Virus record (IMG/VR): IMGVR_UViG_3300005530_000005 | Source: an uncultured virus (IMG/VR IMGVR_UViG_3300005530_000005) | Taxonomy: Duplodnaviria > Heunggongvirae > Uroviricota > Caudoviricetes | Reading direction: 5' to 3' (one strand) | DNA length: 64,000 nt | Translations under genes and position numbers: made by a program | In this document: positions 48,023 to 57,332 of the stretch, piece after piece | How positions within the stretch are numbered: the stretch's first letter is position 1 | Layout: each line of letters begins with the position of its first letter | Notes under the pieces: model-generated | What the model was told of the DNA's origin: nothing | Seen by the model: the letters and a program-made list of their open reading frames with translations, nothing else | Databases searched by the model: none

Positions 48023-48915
48023 TCCCTTATCATACTCGCATTGCGCCGTCACCTACTGGTTTTGCCCATATCGGCACAATTCGTACTGCATTATTCAATT
48101 ATCTAGCTGCCAAACAGACAGGTGGCCAATTCACCCTTCGTATCGATGACACAGACACGAATAGAAATAATGAAGAAGCCGTACAGCCAATCTATGATGC
48201 TCTACAGTGGCTTGGCCTACAATGGGATGATACATTCCGCCAAAGTTCCCGTACCGATATTTACAAAGAAGCTGCCCATAAACTTCTGGAAGCCGGACTT
48301 GCAGTTCGCCTAGATAATGGTGCCATTGCGCTTCTTTGGAATGATGAAATTCCACGAGCATGGCATGATAGTATTGCCGGTGAAATTAAAATCACAGATA
48401 CGAACATAGAACAAATTCACGGTCGTACAATTCTCCTTAAAGGTGATGAACATGGGAATGCACCAATCTATCAGTTTACTTCTACTTTTGACGATTGGGA
48501 TACCGATATATCTTACGTTATTAGGGGTGTCGATCATATTACGAACACAGCCAAACAACTCGCTATTTGGTGGGCTCTTAATGCGTGTTATAATCTTAAT
48601 AAGTTTCGGCCTGCTTTTGCCCATGTGGGGCTGATATTTAAAGACGGAAAGAAATTATCTAAACGAGAAGGTGCTGCAAGCGCTCTTTGGTTCAGAGATC
48701 AGGGGTATCTGCCGGAAGCTATGTTTGCATTTTTGCTTCGTCTAGGATGGGCTCCAAGAAATGATGATAAGGATAGCTATACGCTCAGTATTGATCAAGC
48801 TAAGGAGCTATTCCTTACTCACGGCAAGATGCGTAGTAGTAACGCACAGATGGATATGGCAAAGCTAGATTCTGTTCAGAAGAAGTTTCTAGCTCGAATG
48901 AAAGTGGCAGCGTAA
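48019..48915 (+). CDS. Minimal glutamyl-tRNA synthetase-like protein (catalytic domain only)
   Basis: TRIAPSPTGFAHIGTIRTALFNY (HIGH), LRIDDTD, QSSR, VIRGVDH, KKLSKR (KMSKS); ends at DMAKLD..KKFL before the anticodon-binding domain. Confidence 0.92.
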   Translation: MIPYHTRIAPSPTGFAHIGTIRTALFNYLAAKQTGGQFTLRIDDTDTNRNNEEAVQPIYDALQWLGLQWDDTFRQSSRTDIYKEAAHKLLEAGLAVRLDNGAIALLWNDEIPRAWHDSIAGEIKITDTNIEQIHGRTILLKGDEHGNAPIYQFTSTFDDWDTDISYVIRGVDHITNTAKQLAIWWALNACYNLNKFRPAFAHVGLIFKDGKKLSKREGAASALWFRDQGYLPEAMFAFLLRLGWAPRNDDKDSYTLSIDQAKELFLTHGKMRSSNAQMDMAKLDSVQKKFLARMKVAA

Positions 48916-49226
48916 TGGATCAGTGGATAAAATGCCACGAATGTGGTCAACATTCTATGGGATCAGGATGGTTTTCGTGCTGGCATTGTGGGGCGTCCCT
49001 CTGTGCTATATTGAAATCGCTGTTTTAAACCAGTCAAATCTAGGGGATATAAATGGACCTTGAAAATCTCACCAATCAGTCTGTAGCTTTCCGTTGCAAA
49101 ACCAATATCACGAATTATTGGAAGGGCAAGGGATATAAGAATATCAAATGTGAAGTACACAATGTAAATGGAGTGTTTGTTGTAACCTCCAATTTGGGAC
49201 CAACGGGGTTTCCTCCAGGATAATAA

Positions 49227-49670
49227 ATGGGTAAATTAAAGTATAAGCCAGGGGATGCAGTGCGTAGATGGAGCGAATATGGCTACATTCATAGCTATGT
49301 CGGAAATTCATGGTATCGAGTACTCCGTATCACAAATGGTTATAGCGGAGTGGCAGTTCGTTTAACTTCTACTTCTGTTAGGGATTTACGATCAGTTGAT
49401 CCTGAATGGATGCAAGATTATTTAAATAATATGATGAATAAGGAGACGCATCTTAATGCCCTTATTAGGAGAGCTACGCCGGATAACTACAAAGAAGTTG
49501 TCAGACTCATGCGTTCCTATATAAGAAGTGATCGGCGGATGCTGCGTAACGCTCTTAAATATACGAAAAAGGGAAGCGTGCCAATTCCAACATTTGAGGA
49601 ATTGAGTAAATATAATATAGAAGATAATTATGGATCATACAGGTTGGAAGATTTGCGAGCGGCGGCTTAA
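49227..49670 (+). CDS. Hypothetical protein with KYKPGD N-terminus (ends RAAA)
   Basis: N-terminus resembles the KFKVGD family; AGGA RBS. Confidence 0.65.
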   Translation: MGKLKYKPGDAVRRWSEYGYIHSYVGNSWYRVLRITNGYSGVAVRLTSTSVRDLRSVDPEWMQDYLNNMMNKETHLNALIRRATPDNYKEVVRLMRSYIRSDRRMLRNALKYTKKGSVPIPTFEELSKYNIEDNYGSYRLEDLRAAA

Positions 49671-50058
49671 TAGATTTGAATTGGCAGCTAAAGCTGTAGC
49701 ACTATCAGGACCAGGAATAAATAGAGGGCGAAATCGAAATGCGTTTAAGTGTGGTGCAGTCATTGTATCGCGTAAAGCGATTATTGCCGCCCGATTTAAT
49801 TCTTACAAAACTCATCCGCAACTTATTAAATTTACGCCCTATCCATTCCTACACGCAGAACAAGCGGCGATCCTTGCGTGCGGAATTGGATTTCTTAGAC
49901 GGCAAAAAGGATTGAAACTATACATAGCTCGCACGAAGAAGGACCACACATTAGCGTTAGCGAAACCTTGCTCAGTGTGCCAAGCTATGATCTCAGAAGC
50001 TGGAATAAAGGAGGTATATTACTCGACAAAACACGGAAATTTCCAAAGGCTAACTTGA
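49630..50058 (+). CDS. Zn-dependent nucleoside/nucleotide deaminase (CDA/dCMP/TadA fold)
   Basis: GAVIV..N..HAEQAAI..AKPCSVCQ..GIKEVYYS. Confidence 0.88.
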   Translation: MDHTGWKICERRLNRFELAAKAVALSGPGINRGRNRNAFKCGAVIVSRKAIIAARFNSYKTHPQLIKFTPYPFLHAEQAAILACGIGFLRRQKGLKLYIARTKKDHTLALAKPCSVCQAMISEAGIKEVYYSTKHGNFQRLT

Positions 50059-50083
50059 CTTTGCAAAGTAAATATAATATGTT
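50055..50083 (+). promoter_or_regulatory. sigma70-like promoter
   Basis: TTGACT-N17-TATGTT; overlaps the deaminase stop codon. Confidence 0.6.
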
Positions 50084-50159
50084 GTTAGCGTAATCAGTAA
50101 CGTCTGGTTATTTTTCTTGGGTAGATATATTTCAAACAGAGAAAAGAGAGAGTTATATC

Positions 50160-50675
50160 ATGGGTATTTCAGTTTTTCAGAAGTCCACTGGCAAGGTTCC
50201 GACTGCTACTCGTCACAGCGTTCCGGTTAACGCGCTGTTCCGTTACCTGGATCGCTATGGCAAGCCGACTGGCGCTATCTTTGCGAACCTTGGTTTCGGC
50301 GATAATCTGGGCCGTTATTTCTCCGTCGCAGTTGACGGCGATAAGAAGGGTTCGCTCAGTGGCGGTAGCAATGGCTCCAAGCCTGTGCAGCTTTTGGGCA
50401 CTTTCACGGTGGAGGCCAAGCTGGCTGCTGCTCGTGATCATCGTGAGGTCAGCCGTTCTTCGCTGACTCCTGGTGATGTGTTCCAGGTGCCGAACTCCAA
50501 GCAGGCCAAGCGCACTGGCAAGCCTGCTCTGTTCATGCATCTTGGTGCGGTTGCGGACGACACTAAGGTTCTTTCTTGGGACCTGAACACTCGTCGTCTG
50601 GCGATTGGCACGAAGCTGAACGGTCGTGTCAAGAAGGTTGGCGATATCGCCATTGACATGGCTATGGCTGCCTAA
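50160..50675 (+). CDS. Basic two-domain hypothetical protein (ends MAMAA)
   Basis: Codon bias like highly expressed genes; second half resembles the 32076/43886 pattern. Confidence 0.75.
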   Translation: MGISVFQKSTGKVPTATRHSVPVNALFRYLDRYGKPTGAIFANLGFGDNLGRYFSVAVDGDKKGSLSGGSNGSKPVQLLGTFTVEAKLAAARDHREVSRSSLTPGDVFQVPNSKQAKRTGKPALFMHLGAVADDTKVLSWDLNTRRLAIGTKLNGRVKKVGDIAIDMAMAA

Positions 50676-50861
50676 TAAGGCCAGGGAATACAGGGGGACA
50701 TTAGAGCCCTCTTCTCTTGGATGAATAAAAAATTAATAAGAACATTTCAAGATGCCGATGCTTATAGAGCTTGGCGAGACTCAAACAGAGAGATCAAACA
50801 CTTTTTCTTGATCGATGTTGTAAATAAAGTGATTTACGTATTTAAGAAGGGTAAATAAACT

Positions 50862-52727
50862 ATGGCAAAGGGTCTTACTGGATACCGCAAGCATCTGCCG
50901 TATTATTCTCCAAAAGCTACATGGAAAGATATCCAGCAGCTTCTTGAAAATTCTCGGGATCAATTTGAAGATGCATATGATAGCGTAGTTGGAACATTTA
51001 AGGAGTTCGCACAGCACGAAATGTCGCATTCTGTGTGTCGTCTTGTGCGAATTCTTTCTACTGAATATATGAAGGCTGAGGCTCTGTTCCGATCAGTTGG
51101 CGGTGCTATTAATTTCACACACATGTACGCCCTTACTCCTAATGAACCCGGCAAGCTGCGTGTGTTTACGAATTTTGAAATCACTCCTGGGCATACAGGA
51201 GAAGCATTGACGGGCGCATGTCCCTATCATCAATATAGTGTTGTCGAGGCACTTCTCAAGCGCATCAATGAAGATATGAGTAAGCCTGCACAGCAGAAAG
51301 CATGGGTACCCATTGCTCGTGGTCGAAGCCGTCTCAAGCGCTATGAAGATATGCCCATTGAGCGCGCACTGATGCGTTATACAGACGCCAAAACGCGCCA
51401 CAATATGAATGATGCTGGCATTAAGCAAGTTGCAGCAGCATTCGAGGAACTTCGTCAGCCTCTTGAATTGCACTTTGCAGAGACGCCTGAACAAGTTCTT
51501 TATATGTATTCCAGCGGCCCATCCTCGTGTATGTCTGCTGTTGGCAAGGAGCGCGCCTGGGGATCGATGACAAATCATGGTCGCCATCCCTGTGATTTCT
51601 TTGCATATCACCCCTATGTTCGCGGATGTTACACCAAGACAAAGGCAAAAGGTGCTGTTACTGCTCGTGTGTTCCTTTACACAAAGGAAAATAAGCAGGA
51701 ATATTATGGCCGCATCTATGGTACAGATGGCCGTGCTGCTACTGCACTGAAGAATGCCCTTGAAGAAAAGGGTATTCGTAGTCTTCCAGATGATGGTGGC
51801 ACTTCTCGCGATGGTTTCTCAGGAATGTTTGCCCGTGAATGCACATTTAAAATTCCCGGAGTACAAATGGGATCGGATTGGGTAGTTCCATTTCCGTATA
51901 TGGACAATCTTCGTGGGGGTGTTAATTTCACCTTTGATGAAAAGACGCATGAATTTACCGCTAATTGCTATGATGGTAGCGGCTACACGATTGTAGACGG
52001 TAAGAAGATTGCTTATCGTGAGTTTCCAAGTTACACGGGTATTACTGCTGGCTACATTTCAAGCAGTCAACTAGGTACACACACTTGTCACCATTGTGGT
52101 GCCCCTATAAATCGTACGAATAAGTACCTCCAATATGCAGAACGAGACACAGGACATAAGTATTGTGGCCCAGGTTGCCTTGCTTCATTGAACAAGTGTA
52201 TTGCAATTGTTGGCGATAGTACACGAGTAATTATGAATCAATCTGATGCATATTATGATGGCATTTCTGGCAATTTCTACACAACTGAAATGGCGTGTAA
52301 AGAGCGCGGCGGTGTTCCGTATGAGCCTGATCCCTGTGTTCGTTCGGAAGAGGTTACACTCACCACTGGCGGCTATGCAATTGCGGATTATAGAACAAGT
52401 GGTTCGGAGTATGCTGAAATGGCCAATCGTGTGTTTGGCATGAATAAGATTTTATTGGAGGGTAGACTTAAGGTTGAGGCCAAGAAGTATATGGAAGTTG
52501 ATTGGAGTAAGCACGAGGGTATTCGTATCATTGGCGAAATTCCAGAAGATTTTCATGCAGAAATCGATAATCGCTATGGGTATCCTATTGCAGAAGAGAC
52601 GTTTAGAGGACGAAAGATTTCCTATGCTGCGGATAAATCCAATCCTACTATCTCGAATAAAATTCGAGGCGCAATTCCCCTGAGTGCCTATTCCCGTCTG
52701 AATGAAGATCAAGAAGTAGCAGCTTAA
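50862..52727 (+). CDS. Hypothetical 621-aa protein with SCM and PYMD motifs and a zinc finger (ends QEVAA)
   Basis: GPSSCMS, ARVFLY..GRIYG, FPYMDN, CHHC..YCGPGC. Confidence 0.75.
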   Translation: MAKGLTGYRKHLPYYSPKATWKDIQQLLENSRDQFEDAYDSVVGTFKEFAQHEMSHSVCRLVRILSTEYMKAEALFRSVGGAINFTHMYALTPNEPGKLRVFTNFEITPGHTGEALTGACPYHQYSVVEALLKRINEDMSKPAQQKAWVPIARGRSRLKRYEDMPIERALMRYTDAKTRHNMNDAGIKQVAAAFEELRQPLELHFAETPEQVLYMYSSGPSSCMSAVGKERAWGSMTNHGRHPCDFFAYHPYVRGCYTKTKAKGAVTARVFLYTKENKQEYYGRIYGTDGRAATALKNALEEKGIRSLPDDGGTSRDGFSGMFARECTFKIPGVQMGSDWVVPFPYMDNLRGGVNFTFDEKTHEFTANCYDGSGYTIVDGKKIAYREFPSYTGITAGYISSSQLGTHTCHHCGAPINRTNKYLQYAERDTGHKYCGPGCLASLNKCIAIVGDSTRVIMNQSDAYYDGISGNFYTTEMACKERGGVPYEPDPCVRSEEVTLTTGGYAIADYRTSGSEYAEMANRVFGMNKILLEGRLKVEAKKYMEVDWSKHEGIRIIGEIPEDFHAEIDNRYGYPIAEETFRGRKISYAADKSNPTISNKIRGAIPLSAYSRLNEDQEVAA

Positions 52728-52755
52728 TTTTAGTTTATAATATGGAGAATGTAAA

Positions 52756-54543
52756 ATGGTTTATCGGATAAACGGATCAAATCGTCCTTCCTTTGATGAT
52801 ATGGTTCTCCTGACTACGAAAAATCCTAAAATTGATCCGCTGCTTTTTAATCTTCTGCGTAATGCTACTCCCTATCCAGATGAGGAGCCTGTAGCCAAAA
52901 TCATTCTGGAGTGGGCAAAGAAGTGTGGTGTGGATATTGATAACACTGAATTTGTATGGTTTAGCGAGAAAGAGAAGAACCTTATCATCGATTTGAGAAC
53001 CGATGAAACTCATACAACCATGTTCAGTGCCCATATGGATACCTGTCAGGGCACTCCGGGAATTATTAACTTGTATTTTACAACTAAGGATTGTAAGGAC
53101 CCAGGAGAGGGATTTATTTATGCAGGACGTAATCAGCGCTTATACACTATGTATGATTATGAAAATCCTGCTACAGAAATTGATTTTGCCGAGGCTCTTA
53201 AGAAAGAAAAAATCTATAATTACGAATTAGATTTCGATTTCACTAAGAAGAATAAAGATAAAATTCTATGTAAAGTCGAAGAGCGCTCTCTTAATGGCCC
53301 CAATAAAGCCACAGATTTGCGTTTTTGGGCAAAGCATACACACAATAATGCCTCACCTGCTGTATTAGGAGCCGACGATAAGATCGGCTGTTATATTATG
53401 TGTAAGCTTATGGAAGCAGGAGTTAAGGGACTTTATGTATTCCATGTCGGGGAAGAAAGGGGCTGTAAAGGTTCTGAGTATCTTGCAAAAGAATATAAGG
53501 ACTATTTCACGGGGACTAAGAATGAGGGAACTTTAGCTCCTGTGAAGCGGTGTATTGCATTTGATCGTGCAGGATACAAGGACGTTATCTCCAAGCAACG
53601 CAGAGGAAATACAAGCTCAAAAGAATTTACAGATGAACTTGCCAAAGCATTGAATGCTCATATTCCTCAAATGTCCTGGTTTAATGGGGATGTTCAGGGA
53701 GTTTATACAGATAGTGCAGAATATATGGATATTATTCCTGAATGCACTAATCTATCTGTGGGCTATTTTAATCAGCATACAGATAAAGAACACACGGATT
53801 ATGTGTGGTTGGCAAGTATTTTCCTTCCCGCAGTTTTGAAAGTTGAATGGGATAAACTTGGCACATATAGGGACCCCCAGGCCCGCCCTACGTATCAAGC
53901 CTCGACTTACTGTGGGGGGCAATATGGTACTAACACCACCTTTCGCTCGCAAAGCCCGTTCGCGCCATCACAAGTCACGTCGGCGACGTCGCTAATGATG
54001 TGCCCGAAATGGGACCCTATGACTGGATTGATCGAAGAAGCTTCTGTTGAGGGTATGCGACGTATTATTGAGTCGTATTTGGACATCGATGCAAAGTCAG
54101 TATTCACTAAAGTTAGCATTCTGTTTGATATGGCAAAGCGTATGGACAGTTTGCAGGAGGACCTTGTATCAATCTATTCGTTTTTGGTCAGTAAAGGCTT
54201 CAATAAAGAAGATATTGCGGAATGGGTCGAGCAAACATTTGGCGGAAATAATGATCAATTTTCTAACGATCCAAATGGTGGATTTGAGAAAGATGAGCAG
54301 ACTACTGTAGAGGAAATGCTCGGAGAACAGTATTGTGAAAATTGTTATTATGTTAAATCTCAGTGTAACTGTAACTTAGCTAATGATAATAGATCGCCGC
54401 AACGAGAGGATTTTCCAGATGAAGCTACATTTCAAAGTGCTATAGTTGAATATCAAATTAGGGTTTCATCCACTGGAGCAACGCCAAAGACAGTACAAGA
54501 ATTGATTTCAGATGAAGACATTCGTGCAAAGTTGGAGAAATAA
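52756..54543 (+). CDS. M20/M28-like zinc peptidase
   Basis: AHMDT, LGADDKIG, GEERG, AFDR, YTDSA, NLSVGYFNQHT. Confidence 0.85.
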   Translation: MVYRINGSNRPSFDDMVLLTTKNPKIDPLLFNLLRNATPYPDEEPVAKIILEWAKKCGVDIDNTEFVWFSEKEKNLIIDLRTDETHTTMFSAHMDTCQGTPGIINLYFTTKDCKDPGEGFIYAGRNQRLYTMYDYENPATEIDFAEALKKEKIYNYELDFDFTKKNKDKILCKVEERSLNGPNKATDLRFWAKHTHNNASPAVLGADDKIGCYIMCKLMEAGVKGLYVFHVGEERGCKGSEYLAKEYKDYFTGTKNEGTLAPVKRCIAFDRAGYKDVISKQRRGNTSSKEFTDELAKALNAHIPQMSWFNGDVQGVYTDSAEYMDIIPECTNLSVGYFNQHTDKEHTDYVWLASIFLPAVLKVEWDKLGTYRDPQARPTYQASTYCGGQYGTNTTFRSQSPFAPSQVTSATSLMMCPKWDPMTGLIEEASVEGMRRIIESYLDIDAKSVFTKVSILFDMAKRMDSLQEDLVSIYSFLVSKGFNKEDIAEWVEQTFGGNNDQFSNDPNGGFEKDEQTTVEEMLGEQYCENCYYVKSQCNCNLANDNRSPQREDFPDEATFQSAIVEYQIRVSSTGATPKTVQELISDEDIRAKLEK

Positions 54544-54895
54544 TTATGGCTTTTACTTTTACAAATACGTCAAATGGAGATACGGTAATAATTACTGTTC
54601 CTCCAAAAGAGCCGGAAAAGATTATTGCTACGAAACCGCAATATATAACTAAAATATCAAATTTGCCGAAACTTCAGAATGTAATTATGATGGCATACAG
54701 ACGTTCTCATCCGAAACTTAAACGAACTATTCATGTAACGTTTGCTTCGGGTGTATGTCGTGTATATTTTGAAGATAGTGCGGGTAATACAGATTATTTT
54801 AGTGTACCCGATGTTGAAAAGAGGCGCATACCAGTTAAGTAAAAATAACACACCTATACCTCTTGAAATTTCAATTTTAATAACCATCTTAAGAT

Positions 54896-54923
54896 AACTG
54901 TTTTCACTCCAGGGTCATATATC
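54896..54923. repeat. 28-bp dispersed repeat copy 2
   Basis: AACTGTTTTCACTCCAGGGTCATATATC. Confidence 0.8.
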
Positions 54924-54945
54924 TAGCACAGGAAAATTATAAAAA

Positions 54946-55434
54946 TTGAAAGAAATTAAATTATCAAAAGGGAAAGTAGCTTTAGTTGATGATGAAGATT
55001 ATGAATACCTAAATCAATATAGATGGTATGCCGAGAAAGTTATATGCTGCAAGGTTCCTAAGTACTATGCCAGACGAGAAATTAGACTTACTGATGGGAC
55101 AAAAACAAAAATTATGATGCATAATGTAATTTTAGGATTTAAAGGAGTTGATCATAAAGACGGAAATAGTTTAAATAACCAAAAAGAGAATTTACGATCT
55201 GCAACAAACTCCCAAAATAATACTAATCGTATTGTAAAAAAGATTACACAAACAGGATTTCGTGGCTGCGAAAAGAATAAAAAAGGATTTTTAGCTAAGA
55301 TATCTTTTGAGGGAAAACGACATTATTTGGGTTATTTTAAAAATTTAATTGATGCGGCTAGGGCTTACAATGAGAAGGCTTCAGAGCTACATGGTGAATT
55401 TGCAGTTTTAAATGTCATACCAGAACAACTTTAA
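54946..55434 (+). CDS. HNH-AP2 homing endonuclease
   Basis: VDHKDGNSLNNQKENLR..YLGYF..AARAYNEKASELHGEFAVLN; paralogue of 3028..3516. Confidence 0.9.
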   Translation: MKEIKLSKGKVALVDDEDYEYLNQYRWYAEKVICCKVPKYYARREIRLTDGTKTKIMMHNVILGFKGVDHKDGNSLNNQKENLRSATNSQNNTNRIVKKITQTGFRGCEKNKKGFLAKISFEGKRHYLGYFKNLIDAARAYNEKASELHGEFAVLNVIPEQL

Positions 55435-56215
55435 TTTAGTACAAGATTTACTGGATAATAATCCAGACCAAGTAAGGTTTGACTGCCCCGTATGTGGCCG
55501 TCATAAATCTTTAGCTATTTATAAAAATGGTTCTGATATAGCATATAATTGTTTCGGAGCTACTTGTAGCTTAAAGGGAAGACAGCGCCAGAAACTAACG
55601 ATTGAAGATATCTACAGCCGCAGAAGTAATGAACAACAAGAAAAGCAACAATATGTTCTACCAGACTACTTCTTACCGGGACTTAATCGAGAAGAAGTTC
55701 GTAGATATCTTCAATCGGTTTATTGTTTTGAGGCAACAGTCGAAGGTAAAATACAAGTAAGATACGATCCTAAACAGGATCGAGCAGTATTTTTGATTTA
55801 TGAAAATGGGAAATTAGTTAACGCAACTGGTCGAGCTTTATCTAAGGGAGTGCAACCTAAATGGTACAAATACGGGCATCAAAATCACCTGTTAGTTTGC
55901 GGAAACAAGGACCACGCTATAGTAGTCGAGGATTGTGCATCCGCAGTACGAATTTCAAAATGGGTAACAGGCATCGCTCTACTCGGAACAACTTTGGCAC
56001 AATCTGGTATTGGAAAACTTAGAAAGTATAAAAAAGTGTTAATAGGACTTGATCGTGATGCATTAAAGAAAGCAATCCATATGCAACGAGAACTTGAATT
56101 TTTTGCTGACGTATCTACAATATTTTTGGACGAAGACCTAAAAAACTTGGACGATCAGCATTGTATTGATCTTTTAGGCAAGCACATTGATTTGGAGAAT
56201 GTAAATGATACGTAA
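55412..56215 (+). CDS. DNA primase (Zn finger + TOPRIM)
   Basis: CPVC..CFGATC, ATGRAL..PKWYKY, VVED, ALLGT, LDRDA, DLK. Confidence 0.88.
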   Translation: MSYQNNFNLVQDLLDNNPDQVRFDCPVCGRHKSLAIYKNGSDIAYNCFGATCSLKGRQRQKLTIEDIYSRRSNEQQEKQQYVLPDYFLPGLNREEVRRYLQSVYCFEATVEGKIQVRYDPKQDRAVFLIYENGKLVNATGRALSKGVQPKWYKYGHQNHLLVCGNKDHAIVVEDCASAVRISKWVTGIALLGTTLAQSGIGKLRKYKKVLIGLDRDALKKAIHMQRELEFFADVSTIFLDEDLKNLDDQHCIDLLGKHIDLENVNDT

Positions 56216-56260
56216 TGATGGTGATTTCGCAAACACATCGCGGAATTTACGAGGGGTAAT

Positions 56261-56566
56261 ATGTTCGTAACAGATATTTGGCAAATACTGCCATTCGGGC
56301 GGCATAAAGGTAAAACCATTCGAGAAATGCTCAATCTTGATCCTAATTATCTTCTGTGGCTGCATAAGAACACAACACGATTTACTATGTGTGAGAAACT
56401 TGTAAGGCGCGCTATTGAAGCTACTCGTAGTGGATGTGATTGCCGGGAAATTCCCTTTAATAGTAAACCGCAAAAACAGAATTATGATCGTAAAGATACG
56501 GCGCAAGATGTCTTTGAGAGCAGATATCAAGGCGATATGGATGGTCCATATGGGGCTATATTTTAA
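56261..56566 (+). CDS. Small protein with PFGKHKG-type domain
   Basis: LPFGRHKGKTIREML..DPNYLLWL. Confidence 0.7.
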   Translation: MFVTDIWQILPFGRHKGKTIREMLNLDPNYLLWLHKNTTRFTMCEKLVRRAIEATRSGCDCREIPFNSKPQKQNYDRKDTAQDVFESRYQGDMDGPYGAIF

Positions 56567-56662
56567 TGTTGCGACTTCTGTGTTTCTTTGGCCATCACCC
56601 CTTTCGTATTCGTAAGATGCATTGCTCAATTTGTAAATGTTGCCGAACAATACAGGAGTACC

Positions 56663-56809
56663 ATGTCTAAAAAACTATGCCCGGTGTGTAAGGGTTCCGG
56701 CATGGAAGAGATAAAAGATTGGGGTGCAGTGTATTCTAAAATCTGCCGTAGATGTAACGGCAGCGGGAAATTAGATAGAACAGATAACAGGAAGAAAGAT
56801 AATGAATAA
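56663..56809 (+). CDS. Small DnaJ-type zinc-finger protein
   Basis: CPVCKGSG...CRRCNGSG; AGGAG RBS before ATG 56663. Confidence 0.7.
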   Translation: MSKKLCPVCKGSGMEEIKDWGAVYSKICRRCNGSGKLDRTDNRKKDNE

Positions 56810-57332
56810 GCAGCAACAACAAAAGACATTAGCCGAAGCTGTTTATTATTTGAATGATGCTATCATTAACTGGTCACGCTCTGGTACAACACGGTGCAAG
56901 ATACCAGATCATTACAAAGAAGTATTGCCTCAGATATATGATTGGGCAGTCGCGATGGGATATAAAATTAATGGGAATTATATAGAATGGCAACTGTAAC
57001 TAAAGAAAAATTGCTTGATGATATTCGCTGGAAGCTTCATGCTTATCCAGATGAATTTGTAATTAAATCGAATCATGAATTGTTACATATTTCGGGAATA
57101 ACTATATCGCGTCCTGGTGCGTCTTTTTCTTGGACAAAGTACGATGAAAAAAGATATAATGATTGCGGAATGTCTATCGATGCAGTCTACTATCATATGG
57201 TTGGAGAAGAATTGTGGAATGCCTGGAATGCATGTCATATCTACCTTGAAGAAAAAGCAGAACTCAAAGCCTTGAATAAAACAGTTCGTAGACTATATAA
57301 TATCAAATGGTGGCAGAAGTAAAGGAATTTAA

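Noticed and set aside
48019..48915. Frameshifted full-length gltX
   Set aside because: The ORF ends cleanly at the domain boundary with a VAA tail, and I saw no anticodon-binding-domain sequence downstream.
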